A stretch of DNA of 64,000 nt from Eledone cirrhosa (GCA_964016885.1 OZ024742.1:179552001-179616000), one strand, 5' to 3'; positions 43,875 to 58,863 are shown, counted from the first letter of the stretch. Notes: generated from the letters alone by a model not told the origin. Made by a program: numbers and translations.

Positions 43875-44180
43875 TGCAGGTGGCTTAGTGTTTAGGGTAT
43901 TCAGCTCATGAGCGTAAGATCATTGTTTGAATTTCCGGTGGATGTTGTGTCCTTCAGCAAGGCACTTTATTACACGTCACTCCAGTTCATTCAGTTGAAA
44001 AAAACATATTACCTGTGATTCACAGGTCCAACCTTGTCAAACATTGTCTCAAGCTGAATCTGCCTTAGAATTATGTTAAGGTTACACGTGTCTAAGGAAT
44101 ATTCAGCCATTTGCATGTTGATTACATGAGCATGCCGTTTTATTGATTAAACAACTGGAACACTCGTCGACGAAATCGAT
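43875..44180 (+). mobile_element. Second tRNA-derived SINE family
   Basis: tRNA-like head (TGGCTTAGTGTTTAGGGT...GTTTGAATTTCC). Relatives at 10262-10390, 16653-16720 and 41875-42130. Confidence 0.6.
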
Positions 44181-44420
44181 GGATATCAAACACAGATGCG
44201 CGCGCACACACACAAACACTACACACACATAGGTTTGGCTCTGCAAGCCTGTTTGTCTATCGACCTTTCATTGAATTCTTCAATCCTTATTGACCCCAAA
44301 CAAGTAAATAAATAAATAACTTAAAGAAAATATATCATAGACAATTATATAAACTAGCAGAAAAATCGCCCTCGAGCTGTTTTCTTCTAGCATATGTAGT
44401 GTGCATATTGGTATTATACG

Positions 44421-44458
<38 letters not shown>

Positions 44459-44469
44459 TATAGACTATC

Positions 44470-44950
44470 TTACTCAGGGTCTACCTCTGGGTCTCTTGCC
44501 AGCTGGTTTTGCCTATAAAATGTGCCCAGCAATTCTTTACTGAGACGTTATAACCACATGCTCATAATATCGGAGCTGTGATCTCTCAATTCGGAGAAGT
44601 AGCGGCTCTACCAGAAGTGACTCTCTTGTCTCTGAGCTATGCACTTTATCGAGTAACGTAACTCCAAAGACCCTACGGGGAACCCCATTTCTGCCGCTTT
44701 TATTTGCAATTGTATTATTTTGGTCATTACCCAAGATTCATGATCCTCGGTAAGAATACCAGGAAGACAGCGAGTTTGGCCTTTACACCTACCCCCTTCT
44801 TCTGATTGCTGAACGCTGAGGCTGGCGCATTACTGCATCAGCTTTTGTAATTCCTGTACTTAATTCAGCCTCCTGCATTCCATCACTCATGAACATGGCC
44901 CCGAGATACTTGATGTTCTCTAACTGCTTCAGTAGAACTCCATTCACATG
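44470..44950 (-). mobile_element. RTE LINE fragment
   Basis: RRVFGVTLLDKVHSSETRESLLVEPLLLRIERSQLRYY, homologous to 14410-15125. Confidence 0.8.
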
Positions 44951-45009
44951 TATATAAATTTAAGAGACTTCTGTCCAACCGTCCGTCACACAATGTGTAT
45001 GTTTATGCG

Positions 45010-45748
45010 CGCACATATACAAACTGTCCTATTACCACTTAAGAGCTTTGGCCCGGGCAAACATCCCCTCAATTTGGTAACCGTCTGGGTTGTCCAGAAT
45101 TGATGGGAAAAGACGTGATGGTCTTATTCTGTGCTCCTGGTCAAGAGGCAGGTGCCTTATCTGGAACGTCACAGTTAGTGACTCTTTTGCTTCTTCCCAC
45201 AACCTGGATGCAGCGGTAAGGGCGAGAGCTACAGCATGCAGAACAAAATCCTAAAATACCGTATTCTGTCAGCTAGCTACATTATCCAACCTGTGGCGTT
45301 CGAGACATTTGGTGGAGTCGGGCTACTGATAGTGAGGTTCTTATCTTCACTGGTGGCTCGCCAAACTGAGGTAACTCGTGATGCTCGTGAGGGCACTTGG
45401 TTGTTCCAACACCCCAGCCTCGCCATCACCCCAGGTAACGCTGCGAGCGTGCTGGCTTGCCTCAAAAATTATTAGTGAGGTTTCCCAGTGCTCCTCGTGA
45501 TATTGTTATCTTTTACTCTGGTAGCGGCTCGTTTGTCCACCCCTTTCGCCTGGATTTTGTTGTATGTGGTCTAAGATGTGTGTATTACGTGCTTGTGTAT
45601 TTTTTCTCTTTCTTTTTTTTCCTTTCCCTTTCCTTTGTATATATTATAGTTGTTTGTGTTTTCGTTCTGTAACCATTATATTATTTTTTTATACAAATGA
45701 GTTTAAAAAAAGAAGAGTTAAACTGTGTTGTTAATAAATAAATAAAAA
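45010..45748 (+). mobile_element. CRE-clade non-LTR element 3' fragment (RLE)
   Basis: DGKRRDGL...W..GRCLIWNVTVSDSFA, KYRIL...PVAFETFG...WLFQH.SLAI..GNAASV, ending in an (AATA)n tail. Confidence 0.7.
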
Positions 45749-47760
45749 GTTGTACTTCATTTTATCCTCCCATTTCCAATTTATCGAACGCTGCTATCAT
45801 GACTCTATTTGAGTGTTTGTGTAAATGTATATGTGTGAATGTATGTCCGTGAGAGTGTATTTTTGTAAGTTTGTGTTTGCGCGATTATAGTTATATATTC
45901 ATACATATAGATGTATGTATGTGCACATACACACACATACGTGTCAGCGTGTTGAAAAAAATCCTAATCTCTTCATCTATCTCTTTCACTCTCTTTCTCT
46001 ATTTATATCTGTCACATAATCACTCTATCTATCTGTATCTCTCTCATCACACACTCTCTTTCTATATATATGGTAGTTGAAGTGGTGGTGGTGGCGGCGA
46101 TGAACCGGAAGTGTAGAAATTTGAAACTTTTATTTCAAATAAGCAATAAAATTATTTATATTTAATCAAGAGTTACGAAATTTAGTAAATAAATTATGTA
46201 ATATTAATTCATTATTTATTCAAAGTAATCCAACTTATTTTACTAACTGGATTAGTATAGATTTACAGTAGAATAACATTGCAAATATATTTTAAATATA
46301 TACATAAATAACATTACAAATGCGTAAATAACATTATAAATTGCTCGCAATTCGTTCAGAAGGACATTACAAATATAATTGTTTCTACTTTAGGCACAAG
46401 GCCAGCAAATTACCCAGTACATTACTGGTACTTTATTTTATCGACCCCGTAAAGATGAAAGGCAAAGTTAACCTCGGCAGGATTTGAACTCAGACTGTGT
46501 AATGTCTAAACAAATGTAATGTCTAAATAATATAAATTCATTGACAAAAATGATAAAGGAAAGAAAGAAGAAGGGGAGGTAATTCACCACCAAGTGTGAT
46601 AATCTGCTGCACCTCACACTTTAGGGGTTAACTCACACTTTCAGGCAAGCCAACACGCTCGCAGAATTACCACGAGTGATGGTCAAGCTATGGCGCTAAA
46701 ATAACCAGGCACCCTCACGGGCATCACCTGACACCTCAGTAAGGTGAGCCGCCAGTGATATATTTAAACAGATTTACAATGTTATTCTACTGTTAATTTA
46801 TAAAATTGTAATAACAAAATTGTAAGTAGACAATAAAAAAGGATTTTATATAAATCAGAAATCTCTATAAACAAGTAATATTTTATTAAAGTACTTTCTG
46901 GACATTGTCACCATACATGTTGCTTCTCAAGTGATATAGCATATGCTAGATTATATGATATTACTTCTACGATAATTTTATTAGTCCTGTAATTTGCCGT
47001 TATGTGATTCCTATATTGGAATTGCACCAGTTTCCACTATATAATAATTTTTATATAGGTACAAGGCCAGTAATTTTTTGAGGAGGAGGGGAGAGTCGAT
47101 TAAATCGACGCCAGTACATTACTGGTACTTTATTTTATCGACCTCGCAAGGATGAAAGGCAAAGTTAACCTCGACGGGATTTGAACTCAGATCACAAAGG
47201 GGCGTAACTCTCTATATAATTTAATATGAATGAATGTCCTGTCGAACTATGAGGCTGTTTTTCTCGTTTTGTGAAGACGTTTTTCCTTAAAAACAGGGGT
47301 ATTATCTTGTCAAGTTTTTATTTTATTTTAACTCTACATAAATTGACAAAGCATCAGCTGTTGAATAAGAACCTGTAGGATCAAAGAAAAATAGTTCGAT
47401 TATGAATCAATTGTTTGGCAAAATATTTAGGATGGTAAACAAAATATTAAGAATTTTTATTGTATAGAAATAAACGATGTACATGAAATTACATAAAAGT
47501 AAACAAATATGCTGACAATATAGATAGCTTGAAATTACAAACACAAATGCCATAGCTGTCAAAATTCAACACAAACACAGATATGTCTCTATTACTTAAT
47601 TACATAAATATTTCACATGAAAATATAGATTCAAAACGAAAGAAAAGATTAAATCAACACTAAGGGTGGCAATCAGTGACAGACCACATGGGATGCAGGA
47701 GTCTCCCTCTATTATCTTTTCGGTTAGGTCAACATACTGGTAGCGTTAATGCGAGCGAAA

Positions 47761-47953
47761 GCGAGGCTAAGCGTCTGGAACACTCAAGAACCCTCACTGG
47801 CATCACCTGATACCTCAGAAAGGTGAGGCGATAGCAAGGCTAAGGCACTGAAACAACTAAGTACCCTCAAGGGTATCCCCTAATACCTCAGTAAGACTGA
47901 GTGATAGCAAGGTTAAAGCGCTGGAACAACCAAGTACCTTCACGGGCATCGCC
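47761..47953. repeat. Diverged 73-bp tandem repeat (2.6 copies) with a solo copy at ~46680-46752
   Basis: Units start at 47761, 47834 and 47907 and share CCCTCA.GGGCATCACCTGATACCTCAG.AAGGTGAG. Confidence 0.7.
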
Positions 47954-48365
47954 AATGATAACAAAATATCAGATGATAATCAAGTGTGTTTAAAGGTTTG
48001 TCAGGTTCGACTTAGCCTTCATACACCTGGGGTTGATTAATTAATTACCAGATATGCACTGAAGGATTGATTTAAGGGATACAACACTTCTTCACAAATG
48101 CTTCTTTTTATCAATAAATCAATCAATATTTTGGGGTTGTCTCCCCTGACTTCATTTATTGAGCAAAATGTATCATCAATCTGACCGTTTTTATTCTCCT
48201 ATCCACAGTTGTAATTTTAATTAATTAAAATTTAATAAATTAAATCACATAATTGTGAACTCCCAGAAGTTAGAGGTTAGTAATTATTTTATCCAATGGC
48301 GACCTGCAAAAGTGTCTAGAGTGGCACCCAACGACTGGCTGCAGCATTTGCGGGAACATATATAT

Positions 48366-48556
48366 AATAATTGTTTCTACTTTAGGCACAAGGCCAGCAA
48401 TTATCCAGTGCATTACTGGTACTTTATTTTATCGACCCCGTAAGGATGAAAGGCAAAGTCAACCTCGGCGGGATTTAAACTCAGATCGTAAAGGGACGTA
48501 ACTATACTGGAAAGCATGGCGTCCGACTCTCTACCGATACTGCCAATCCACCGCCC
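48366..48556 (-). mobile_element. Full-length SINE copy
   Basis: Head GGCGGTGGATTGGCAGTATCGG with B box. ATATATAATAAT-like direct repeats flank it. Confidence 0.88.
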
Positions 48557-48829
48557 TTATATATATAATAATAATGAAATTATTGTGTACAGTGCTCAGG
48601 TACACTACAACTCATCAAAGGCGCATGTGTAGTACATAGAATAATGTACAAATGTCAGGAAAGTGAACAGTGATGATGTTGAATTATTTTGTCCAAGTCT
48701 GAAATATTAAATATATAGAGGGAATTTGAACTGAGAATTTGAACTGAGTGATGTCTACATTTCAAATACAACAAACAAATATTGTTAGGGAATTTTAACG
48801 TCATCTCTCTTCACTTCAGTTAACACCCT

Positions 48830-49685
48830 CCTAGTATTACTGTTAACACCAACATACACCACACCACAACATACACCACTAACACTACAACACCAACATA
48901 CACTAGTACTACCAACACCACACCTTATTAGCACCTCTACCACCACTAACACCATAACACCAACATACACTACTACCACCAGCACTAGCACCAATGCTAT
49001 AATCAACACCTCAATTAATGCCACCACGAAACCCTAACAACAATCAGCACTACAAGATCCACTACAAACACCACCAGTAAAACTGCTCTACACCATTACC
49101 ACCACTAATGCTACCACTAACACTCTGCCATTACTTTACACCACACTCCTATTAACACCACTCCCATCATCAACACCACCACTAATACCACCACAAATAC
49201 CACCAACACCATGAGTAACAGTACCACTAACACTAAACCACTACCATCACAAACACCACCACTAATACCACACTACTACCACTATCAACAATATTACTAA
49301 AAATCACAGCACTACTATAACCAACACCACCACTAATACCAAGGCACACCCCCTGCCACCACCAAAACCACAACCCTATTAGTACCAATACCATCACCAA
49401 CTCCCTCCTTACACCACACACCTATTAGCACCATTAACACCACCTACACCACCACTAACACCACACAGCTATTACCAGCACCAACACCACCACTAACACC
49501 ACACAGCTATTACCACCATCAACACCACCAACACCACAGCACTAACACTACCACAAACATCACACAACTACCAACATCAACACCACCAGCAACATCACAG
49601 CACTCCCCTACCACCACCAAAACTATCATTAACACCACACTCTTATTAACACCACTATCACCACCAACACGCACTCATACCACTG
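48830..49685. repeat. Degenerate (CAC/AAC)n low-complexity tract
   Basis: Direct reading. Confidence 0.85.
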
Positions 49686-49819
49686 GGTCTTCTTTTTCAG
49701 TATGTAAATGATCCAGGGAACACTATCTAATCATAATATAATAAAGGGAGGAGTGCGGGACCGTGACCTGAATATATCTTTTTATCCCGTTAGTAAAATA
49801 AGTTAGATTACTTTGAATA

Positions 49820-50220
49820 AATAATTGTTTCTACTTTTGGCACAAGGCCAGCAAATTAACCAGTGTATTACTGGTATTTTATTTTATCAACCCCATAAGG
49901 ATGAAAGGCAAAGTTAACCTCGGCGGGATTTGAACTCAGAATGGCAAGGGCCGTAACTCTATACGTCAAAGCATGGCGTCCGACCCTCTACCGGACGCCA
50001 TGCTTTGACGTATAGAGTTACGGCCCTATAATAAATAATTGTTTCTACTTTAGGCACAAGGCCAGCAATTACTCAGTACATTACTGGTACTTTATTTTAT
50101 CGACCCCGTAAGGATGAAAGGCAAAGTTAACCTCGGCGGGATTTGAACTCAGACTGTAAAGGGACGTAACTATGCTAGAAAACATGGCGTCCAACCCTCT
50201 ACCGATACTGCCAATTCACT
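49820..50220 (-). mobile_element. Two tandem SINE copies nested in a Helitron; the first has a 5' foldback inversion
   Basis: Copies at 49820-49991 and 50035-50220. Perfect 35-bp inverted repeat at 49948-49982 / 49992-50026. Confidence 0.85.
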
Positions 50221-51840
50221 GAATGAATATTACATAATTTATGTACTAAATTTCGTAGCTATTGATTAAAAATAAATATTCTTATCTGTTAGAACACGAA
50301 AAGTGTGAAACAACAGAATGTTCACTTTTCGTGTTCTAACATATATGCCTAGCTTCTTCATAAATTTTCCGGGGATAGCCGTGGTGGTGGTGATCGTATG
50401 TCATTGGCTAATTTTCAACCAACCAGAGTAAGTGTTGATATATTTTTATATATATATATATATAAATATATACTATTCCCCCTCTCTCTATATATATCTT
50501 ACGCTTTCGCTTTACACTCCTCCCCTTCAATAACATATATCTCTTATACTGTTACACTTATATTTCCATTTATTTATTACCCCCTCTCTCTATATCTCTT
50601 CCACTGTTACTTACGCCTGTTTCTCTCTATCTGTTCCGTCTCTATATATATCTCTCTTACTCTTTCGCTTTGCACTCCTCCCCTTCAATACCATCTCTCC
50701 CCCTCTCTATATATTTGTTACTCTATCGCTGCACGCTCCCCTCCTTCAATATATCAATTACACACGCTTTACACTCCTTTATCCCTAGCGCCCCTATATA
50801 TACCCCCCCCCCCACATCTATATTTTAATGTTCCGTTGCACCGTGAATATATGTGTCTATATATATATACATATATATTGTATATACACATTCATGTATG
50901 TGTATACACACTCATGTATGTATATACACTGGTTTTATGTGTGTATTGTAAATTTGTACTGTTAAAACACGAAACTAACATTCGATTGACACTTTGATTA
51001 CCTGTACAGGCAATAGTTATTAGAATGCTGTTGAAGTGTGTATATATTTTGGGGGTACATCCTGTATATACACACATTATATATAATACAATAAACAGAT
51101 AAATACACACATATGTATATGAGCTTATTTAATTATAAATATTGTGAATTTTTAACTCAGTTCAATTATATATATAAATGGCTTCTACAGGACTAGAACT
51201 GTTTCATTCGAAAGAAATCATCATAATATTGAGAGGGGGGACTAGATAAAATATTTCAAATCAAATGTGTATAAGTTATAAGTTAAAATGTATAAATAGA
51301 GACGATAGTGGAGGTATATCTGTTTAGTGGAACAGTAGACGATAGAATTAAATACAGACGAGAATCTCCCTTTAATGAAACAGCAGACGATAGAATTAAG
51401 GCAATTTAAATTTTAAGCATTTGCATTTTTGCCTTTCATCGTTACGGGGTCGATAAAATAAAGTACCAGTAATACACTGTCACTATAAGTAGACGACTTT
51501 CAAATTGAATTGTTGGTTCCATTTCTTTAGTATTTTCAATTGTAGTTATCTACTTAAAAAGCGTTACACGGTTAGAGACATAATTGGTAAGTTATATCTT
51601 CCCTATTAAACCATTGCATTATTTCACCTACAATAGAACAAAAATGAAATGTTCTTTAAAGAAACAGGAATATAACTTTATAAAAAAAAAGTTGCATCCG
51701 CTTCTTTTATCATTGATAATTTTTTCGTTTTAATATTAATTGTTTTTTGTAGTTGTTTATATTAAAAATCTTACTGTAATATTTACTTAAACGAAGGCAG
51801 ACATCTAAACTTATAGATTAATCTTGAGCGAAGGACTAGA

Positions 51841-51959
<119 letters not shown>

Positions 51960-53132
51960 GAAGAATGATAAAATTTCAAGCAAAGAGTTTAATTAGGTAA
52001 TGACTTACAAATTTGTTTCAGTATATATTTAATATAATATTAATATATTTTGTAATATTATTAACTAATTATTATAATTAGCGCTTCAGGCTTTGTCTAT
52101 ATATATCACTCTTCGTTTTGAATTTCTCCTAAGTATTCAATACTCTGTTGAGAAATACATTTTACATAAACAGTCTTTGTACCATTTATACGGTATTAAT
52201 TACTTATATTTATATATATATATAGCGTATGATTAGAACTGTGTTTATTATTAATATTTTAATGGATTTAATGAAAAATTTTAGGTGTTCATATATATAT
52301 TCTAAAAATGCGCGAAATCGTGAATCCGGGATAGTTGAACCGCCAAGTAATGAGGTATCACTGTATATATGTTTAAATATATAGTGTAGCTGTGATGTAT
52401 CTCGCGAGTGAATCGAGACCTGTCACTGATTTTGGTGTCCCCACTGCCGATGTGAATGAGCAACGCTGCACTTGTGAATTGGGTCTTGATGTTGCAGGAA
52501 CCCCTATCTTGCTCAGAACATTGACCTCCTGGAAACTGTTCAGAGACATGCAACCAAGCGCATACCCTCCATCAGACACCTACCATACCCTGAATATTTT
52601 GCTTCCCTCTGGCAATGGACTTGGTAAACACCCACAAAGTTATTAACCATCCGACCAACAACAACCCCGAACACCTTTTTGATCTCCATGTGTCTAACAA
52701 TTCGCTCAGCCAACAACTATTAAAAAGTGAGTTGCTTAAGATAACAATTTAATCACAAATTGTTGCTATCTTTTAATACACTCCAACAAGTCATCAAATT
52801 ATGTACAATAAAAACAAATCTTATTAATTTGCTCAGGGAATATAAAGAAAATGTATATACACTGATAATTGCAATTGTATGTAAATATTTTGTTTTTGTA
52901 TTGTTTATTTTATGTTTTCTATTATGTATAATATATTGATTTAATATTGATTGTTTTTTGTAGTTGTTTATATTAAAAGTCTGAAAATATTTTTATACAT
53001 CTTACACTAATATTTATAAGATAATTTATAATAACAATTACATAATCTAATTACATTACAACGATAATTTATTATTAATATATATCCTGTTTAACTAGAG
53101 TTATTACAAGCGTTGCCTTAAAAAAATATTAA

Positions 53133-54089
53133 ACTAGACATGAAAAATGCGCAAGCTCAAAAGTGCCACAGAATGTTATAATAAACCTTCAAAAGTGTGG
53201 GACTAGAGTTGTTGCTAAAAAATATTGTAATCATTATATATCGTACATTCTGTGGCATCCTTTATAAAAATAGCTTAAACCAACGAAGCCTTTATTTTTA
53301 CGCTATTTCACTTAGTTAATTCTTAGAGTGTAACATATAAAAATAAATACATCTATGTTTAATGTAATAACAGCTATAAATAATTACGTAATATTATTAT
53401 CATATACTCATAGTAACAAAATAATTGTGTTGAAAATTAATATGATGCTTATATGAACGATCAAATCTATAATGATAATTTCTTAAATATACTAATAGTA
53501 AAATAATTTAGTTATCTATTGTTACATTTTCATAGAACTATAATATTAACAATCGTATTGCATTATCAAATTTTTATCACTACAAACTTTCATATTGGAA
53601 TTACCTTAAGCCACTTATTATTACTTCGCTTTCGTACTTTTACAGCTGTAGATATTGCGCTGTATCTTATATCTAATATCAATATCTCATGGTAATTTGC
53701 ATGCAGTGTAAAATAGGTTTATTAATAACTTTAATATGAAATGTATTATACAGGGCTGCGGAGTCGGCCAAAAATTGACTGGCTCCAACTCAGGATCCGA
53801 TACTCCATTATTTCCTAAATTTCAGCTCCGCAGCTCTGTTATTATATTAATTAATTTATTTTATAGTTGTAAATCATATTTTTATATGTTACACTCTAAG
53901 AATTAACTAAGTGAAATAGCGTAAAAATAAAGGCTTCGTTGGTTTAAGCTATTTTTATAAAGGATGCCACAGAATGTACGATATATAATGATTACAATAT
54001 TCTTTAGCAACAACTCTAGTCCCACACTTTTGAAGGTTTATTATAACATTCTGTGGCACTTTTGAGCTTGCGCATTTTTCATGTCTAGT
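53133..54089. mobile_element. Foldback element with 213-bp near-perfect inverted arms
   Basis: Arms at 53133-53345 and 53877-54089, one mismatch seen. Termini are ACTAG/CTAGT. Confidence 0.8.
53751..53838. mobile_element. 88-bp hAT-like MITE
   Basis: TIR CAGGGCTGCGGAG / CTCCGCAGCTCTG, with 8-bp flanks GTATTATA / TTATTATA. Confidence 0.65.
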
Positions 54090-55719
54090 ATATATATTGA
54101 TTACTTATTCTAAGATTTACTTCTTTTAAAATGTTCAAATGTCTACACTTCCGGTTAACATTCGTTAAACCATAACACTTATTACATCGCTTATATAAAC
54201 GTTCATATATTTGTATCGTTATATCATAACGTTTATATTTCCGTCGCTAATTTTCTCCTTTTTCCTTTTCATTACATTTCATTGTAATGCAGTTTATATA
54301 TAATATCGTCTTTTTTAAATGAATCATGGATTACTTTACTGATTACAGAAAAGAGTATAACACAGTCTCTCTTCAATTCCTGTGCATATTGTCACCTGAA
54401 AGGTGGTTTCTCTGCTAGTTAGATATAATTAATATATAATCAAAATTATCAGTGAATTATTTCAAATTTGAGAATAAATGTGGTCGTTTTTTTTCTAAAT
54501 GTAACCATTTATGTACACCTTTCTGGTGCCAAACCACCTGAAACCGCCTTAAACTGCCTTTTGTTATATATTGATTTCCGTTTTAGGCGCAAGTTCAATA
54601 ATTTCAGGGGAAGGGAAAAGTCGATTAAATCGCTCCCAGTGCATAACTGGTGCTTTATTTATGGACCTGGTAAGGATGAAAAGCTAAGCTAACCATGGCA
54701 GGATTTGATCTCAGAACATAACGGGCCATAACTCTATGCTGCGATGCATGGTGACCGACACTCTACCAGTACTTCCAATCCAACACTCTCGCCTCTTGTT
54801 ATATAATACTAAGCTTTATATTTTAAAGTGCTTACAATTATCTCAAAACATTCCAACAAAAGTTTATGTAAGAATGCTTGTTAATTTATGTTCCAAACAT
54901 CAGCTTGATAATGAGAAAATTAGTTATTTTGCTAAATCTCTTCAAAAAATTAATTATTTTCATAATTTGAAACATATAGGCAATGCCTTTCATTAGACAT
55001 ACGAGCTGAAAAGCCACCCTTCGGGTGGTTTTCTGCTAGCATGTGTAGTGTGCATATTGACATTATATGCATATTATATAAGCATATAGATATAAAATCG
55101 TAATTGAGAATATGCACAGAAATTGAAGATAAACTGTGTTACACTCCCTTCTGTAATCAGTAAATTAATTCATGATTACAATTAAAAAAGACGATATTAT
55201 ATATAAACTGCATTACGGCAAAATTTTATGAAAACGAAAAAGGAGAAAATTAGCAACGGAAAACTAAACCTTATATAACGATGCAAGTATAAGAACGTTT
55301 ATATAAGCGATGTGATATAGCGTCCATTATAAGCGGAAGTATTGACATTTGAAAATAAAAAAAAAGTGAATCTTGAAATAAGCAATAAAATTATTTATAT
55401 TTAATCAAGAGATACAAAATTTACTAACGGGATAAAAAAATATTTTCACGACACTGTCCCACACTCCTCCCTTTATTATGTTACGATAGTATTGAAATAT
55501 GATGACTGCAAAATATTGAAAAAAATAATATTTTTAAATATTTATTTTGAATGTTTTAAAAATTGTGAAATAACCAAAATAACTTATTGACAAGTTTGAT
55601 CTCTCAAAGTACTTTCAATAAATATCCTATTGATTTATAATATTTACTTGCAAAAGTGGTTTATAAAATTGTGTTGTGAGACATTTTAAGTGTTTAAATC
55701 AGTTGAAACATCACTTAAC

Positions 55720-57010
55720 ATCCATGTTTTCCTACTAGCAAGGGTTGGACAGGTTGTCACAGACTAAGTCAGTACTTGATCAGAGTAACTGATCTCTAAG
55801 ACAAGCAAAGGATGGATCTTACTTACATATGTATAAGTGAATGTACTGAGTGAATTTCATAGTGATACCAGCACTAGGGATGTTGTCATGTCTTTGACAT
55901 TTAAAGAGAACTCTTGACGCTTTGTTGGCAAGTTTTCTATAGCTGGATGCCCTTTTTATCATACCAATGCAGTCTTCTCCGTTACACAGCTACGTCAGTT
56001 TTCCTTTAATACCTAGTTTTTCTCTCAGTTCATTTATCCTGCATTGTTCATGCATTCTAAAATTACACATCCGCCAGTGCATATATATTCACTTCTTTCT
56101 AGCCATCACAGATCTTCTGCAGTTAAGGGCCATGTCTCACTGCCATGTTGCATTACAGTTCATATGCAGGTTGTTCACCCTTCACTCTGAGAGAGAAGCC
56201 CTTTGTTGTAGCAGAGATACTAGCCATTTACACTTCTTTCAACCTGTTCTTACTCTGGCTACTACACTTTCAGATAGTATTACCCCACTGCTGATTAGGT
56301 CACCTTGGTAATAACATTTCTCAACAATTTCTAGAGAGAATTGATGGAGTCTGTTTCATGTGTACTCTTCCATCTTTATAGCCTACCAAACAATGCTATT
56401 TCCATGACAGTATTAGAGCCCGGTTTCATTTCCTTTTAATCCATTCAATTCTAGATTTTTCTTCCATGTTTGGAATTTCACTACTAATTCTTCCATGGAT
56501 TCAGCTATAAGAACAAGATCATATGACTACAGTAGCTCCCATGAGCAGTGTATCTTAAACTCCTTTGTTATGGCCTGAAGAACAATAATAGACAGAAGTG
56601 GGCTGAGAATTAACTTCTGGTGGACACCCACCTGCACTTCAAATTCATCACTGTACTCATTGCCAACCGTGAACTTGTTGATTGCACCTCTAACCTTGTA
56701 TGCCATTCAGAAGCCATTCATCTACACCTATCTTCCTTCATTCCCACCAAATTACAGAGTAGAGGAACCTGTCAACGGCTTTCTCTAGTTCAATGAACAC
56801 TGGTTACAGAAGCTTACTCTTACTCTTACTTTACAAGAAAAAGGATACGTATAGTACCCTTTCTGGCATGAAACCAAACTGTATCTAATCTAGTACCTAC
56901 TTAATTGCACAATAAGCTTTTTGGTAACTTTCATGACTAAGTCCATCAACTTAATACTTCTGTGGTTATCTTTGTCTAGTAGGGGGTTACAATGCTACTG
57001 CAGCCACAGT
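55720..57010 (-). mobile_element. Old, heavily decayed RTE-type LINE (RT region)
   Basis: Minus-strand remnants such as FIELEKAVDRF, GVHQ..ILSPLLSIIVLQAI and CSWELL.SYDLVL. Confidence 0.6.
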
Positions 57011-57324
57011 CATTGAATGGCTAAAAATCTAAAGACGTTGTATAGTACGCATTTAGTCTTAAAATAAATTACAAAGATAAATACATACCTTGTGCCAAAG
57101 CAGTTTTTGTCGTTTTGTTCGAGTATACAATTTCTGGCCATTTATGAATTTCTTTCAAGCAAACGCTCGCGGAATTATACACCATCATCCAGCCAAAAGA
57201 CTGATCACATTTTGTTATTTTGTGGGAAATTAGTAATTTTGCAAATCTGAAACATACATAAACAAACACACACACACATATATATACATATATATACATA
57301 TATATACATATATATACATACATA

Positions 57325-58665
57325 TGACGATGCTAAGCCGTGTCGCCAAGGAGGAGAAAAACGGGGAGAAAGAAAAATAAAAGGAAAAGGAAGAGAGCAC
57401 AAGTGCAGACCTGAAAGAGAATGAGATACCCGCCGCCACAGTCAGGGACGGCAGGCCGGGAAACCAACAAGCAAACGGTAAAGGTGAGAAGCGAAATCAC
57501 CTTCCGATAGAAAACCAAGCAGAGAGGGACCAGTGGACAACTGTCCAAAGTAAGAACAGAAGGCGCCGAGACAATGGAAACAAGAAAACCCAGGTAACGT
57601 GCAAGTTCTTCAGGAACGGGACCTGCTGGCATGGAGAAAAACGGGATCAGGCTGTAGATTCGCTCACCCCAGGCTCCAAGCGAACTATGCCCAACCTACT
57701 CACACAATACGCCCCAGCCAAAACCAAAACAAAAACAAAAACCAAAACCGATGCAAGCTGCCCCAGAAGTATGCTGATGTCGCGCGTGCCGCTCCAACAA
57801 GCAGAAGGCACGCATATGCCGACGAGATACAGATGGCGGCAGCAGAGCAAACACATTTTTTAGTGATGGCAGAGAAGATTGTGGGACAGCTGACCTGGCT
57901 GCATCGTTTTCAGAGCCAGGGTCACTCACACCAGCACTCGAGACCACCACAATTAAGGGACCCAGAGTGGCCGCCGCTGACACCAGGCCAGGTGTCATAC
58001 TGACAGCCATTGCTGGCACCCCAAAAGTTACACCAGTGCTGCTGCTGAATGTCAGAGGCCTGGTGAAACTCACTAACATGAGTAAAATTTCCTACCTGGG
58101 AGACTTAGTTATAAGCAATCAAGCATTATACATGGCACTAACCAAAACGCACCTGACAAGCAGTATAGCAGATGCGGAAATACATATACCAAAATATACT
58201 GTTTCGTTCGGACTGGAAGGAGAGAACTCATGATGGGGTTGCTCTGTATATCCGTGAAGATGTCACACCAATTTTACTATTGACACATTCAAACTCAGTC
58301 TGTGACACACTGATAGTACATATGAAGCAACTAAAGACAGTAATATGTGTTACATATCGGCCACCCGATGCCCTGAGGGTAAATTTGAGGATAGTCTCAG
58401 TAGGATAGAAGAGGTCCTTGAGAAACTGGACCAGTGTCTCAATTTTCTGCTGCTGGGAGAACTTTCTGCTGCTGGGAGACTTCAACCTGCCAAAGGTCAA
58501 ATGGCCTGAGGGCCATCTCCTCCCTGGAATGACATCACTAGAACAGAGACAGACGGAGTCCCTGCTGGCCCTCAAACACAGGCTGTTCATGGAACAAGCA
58601 GTACTCTTCCCAACAAGAGGCGAGAATGTCCTACATCTCTGTTTTACAAAAATACAGTGATCATC
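57325..58665 (+). mobile_element. CR1-like LINE fragment: ORF1 end (CCCH-type finger) and AP endonuclease
   Basis: CKFFRNGTCWHG..GSGCRFAHP, LLNVRGL, GVALYIRE, YRPP, LLLGDFNLP and PTRGENVL, with frameshifts. Confidence 0.8.
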
Positions 58666-58746
58666 CACGATATTAGAAAAATATTTTTGTAAATATGCCA
58701 ATATTTTATATATGCATGCATAGATAAATACATACATATGTTTACA

Positions 58747-58790
<44 letters not shown>

Positions 58791-58823
58791 CATGCATAGA
58801 TAAATACATACATATGTTTACAG

Positions 58824-58863
<40 letters not shown>

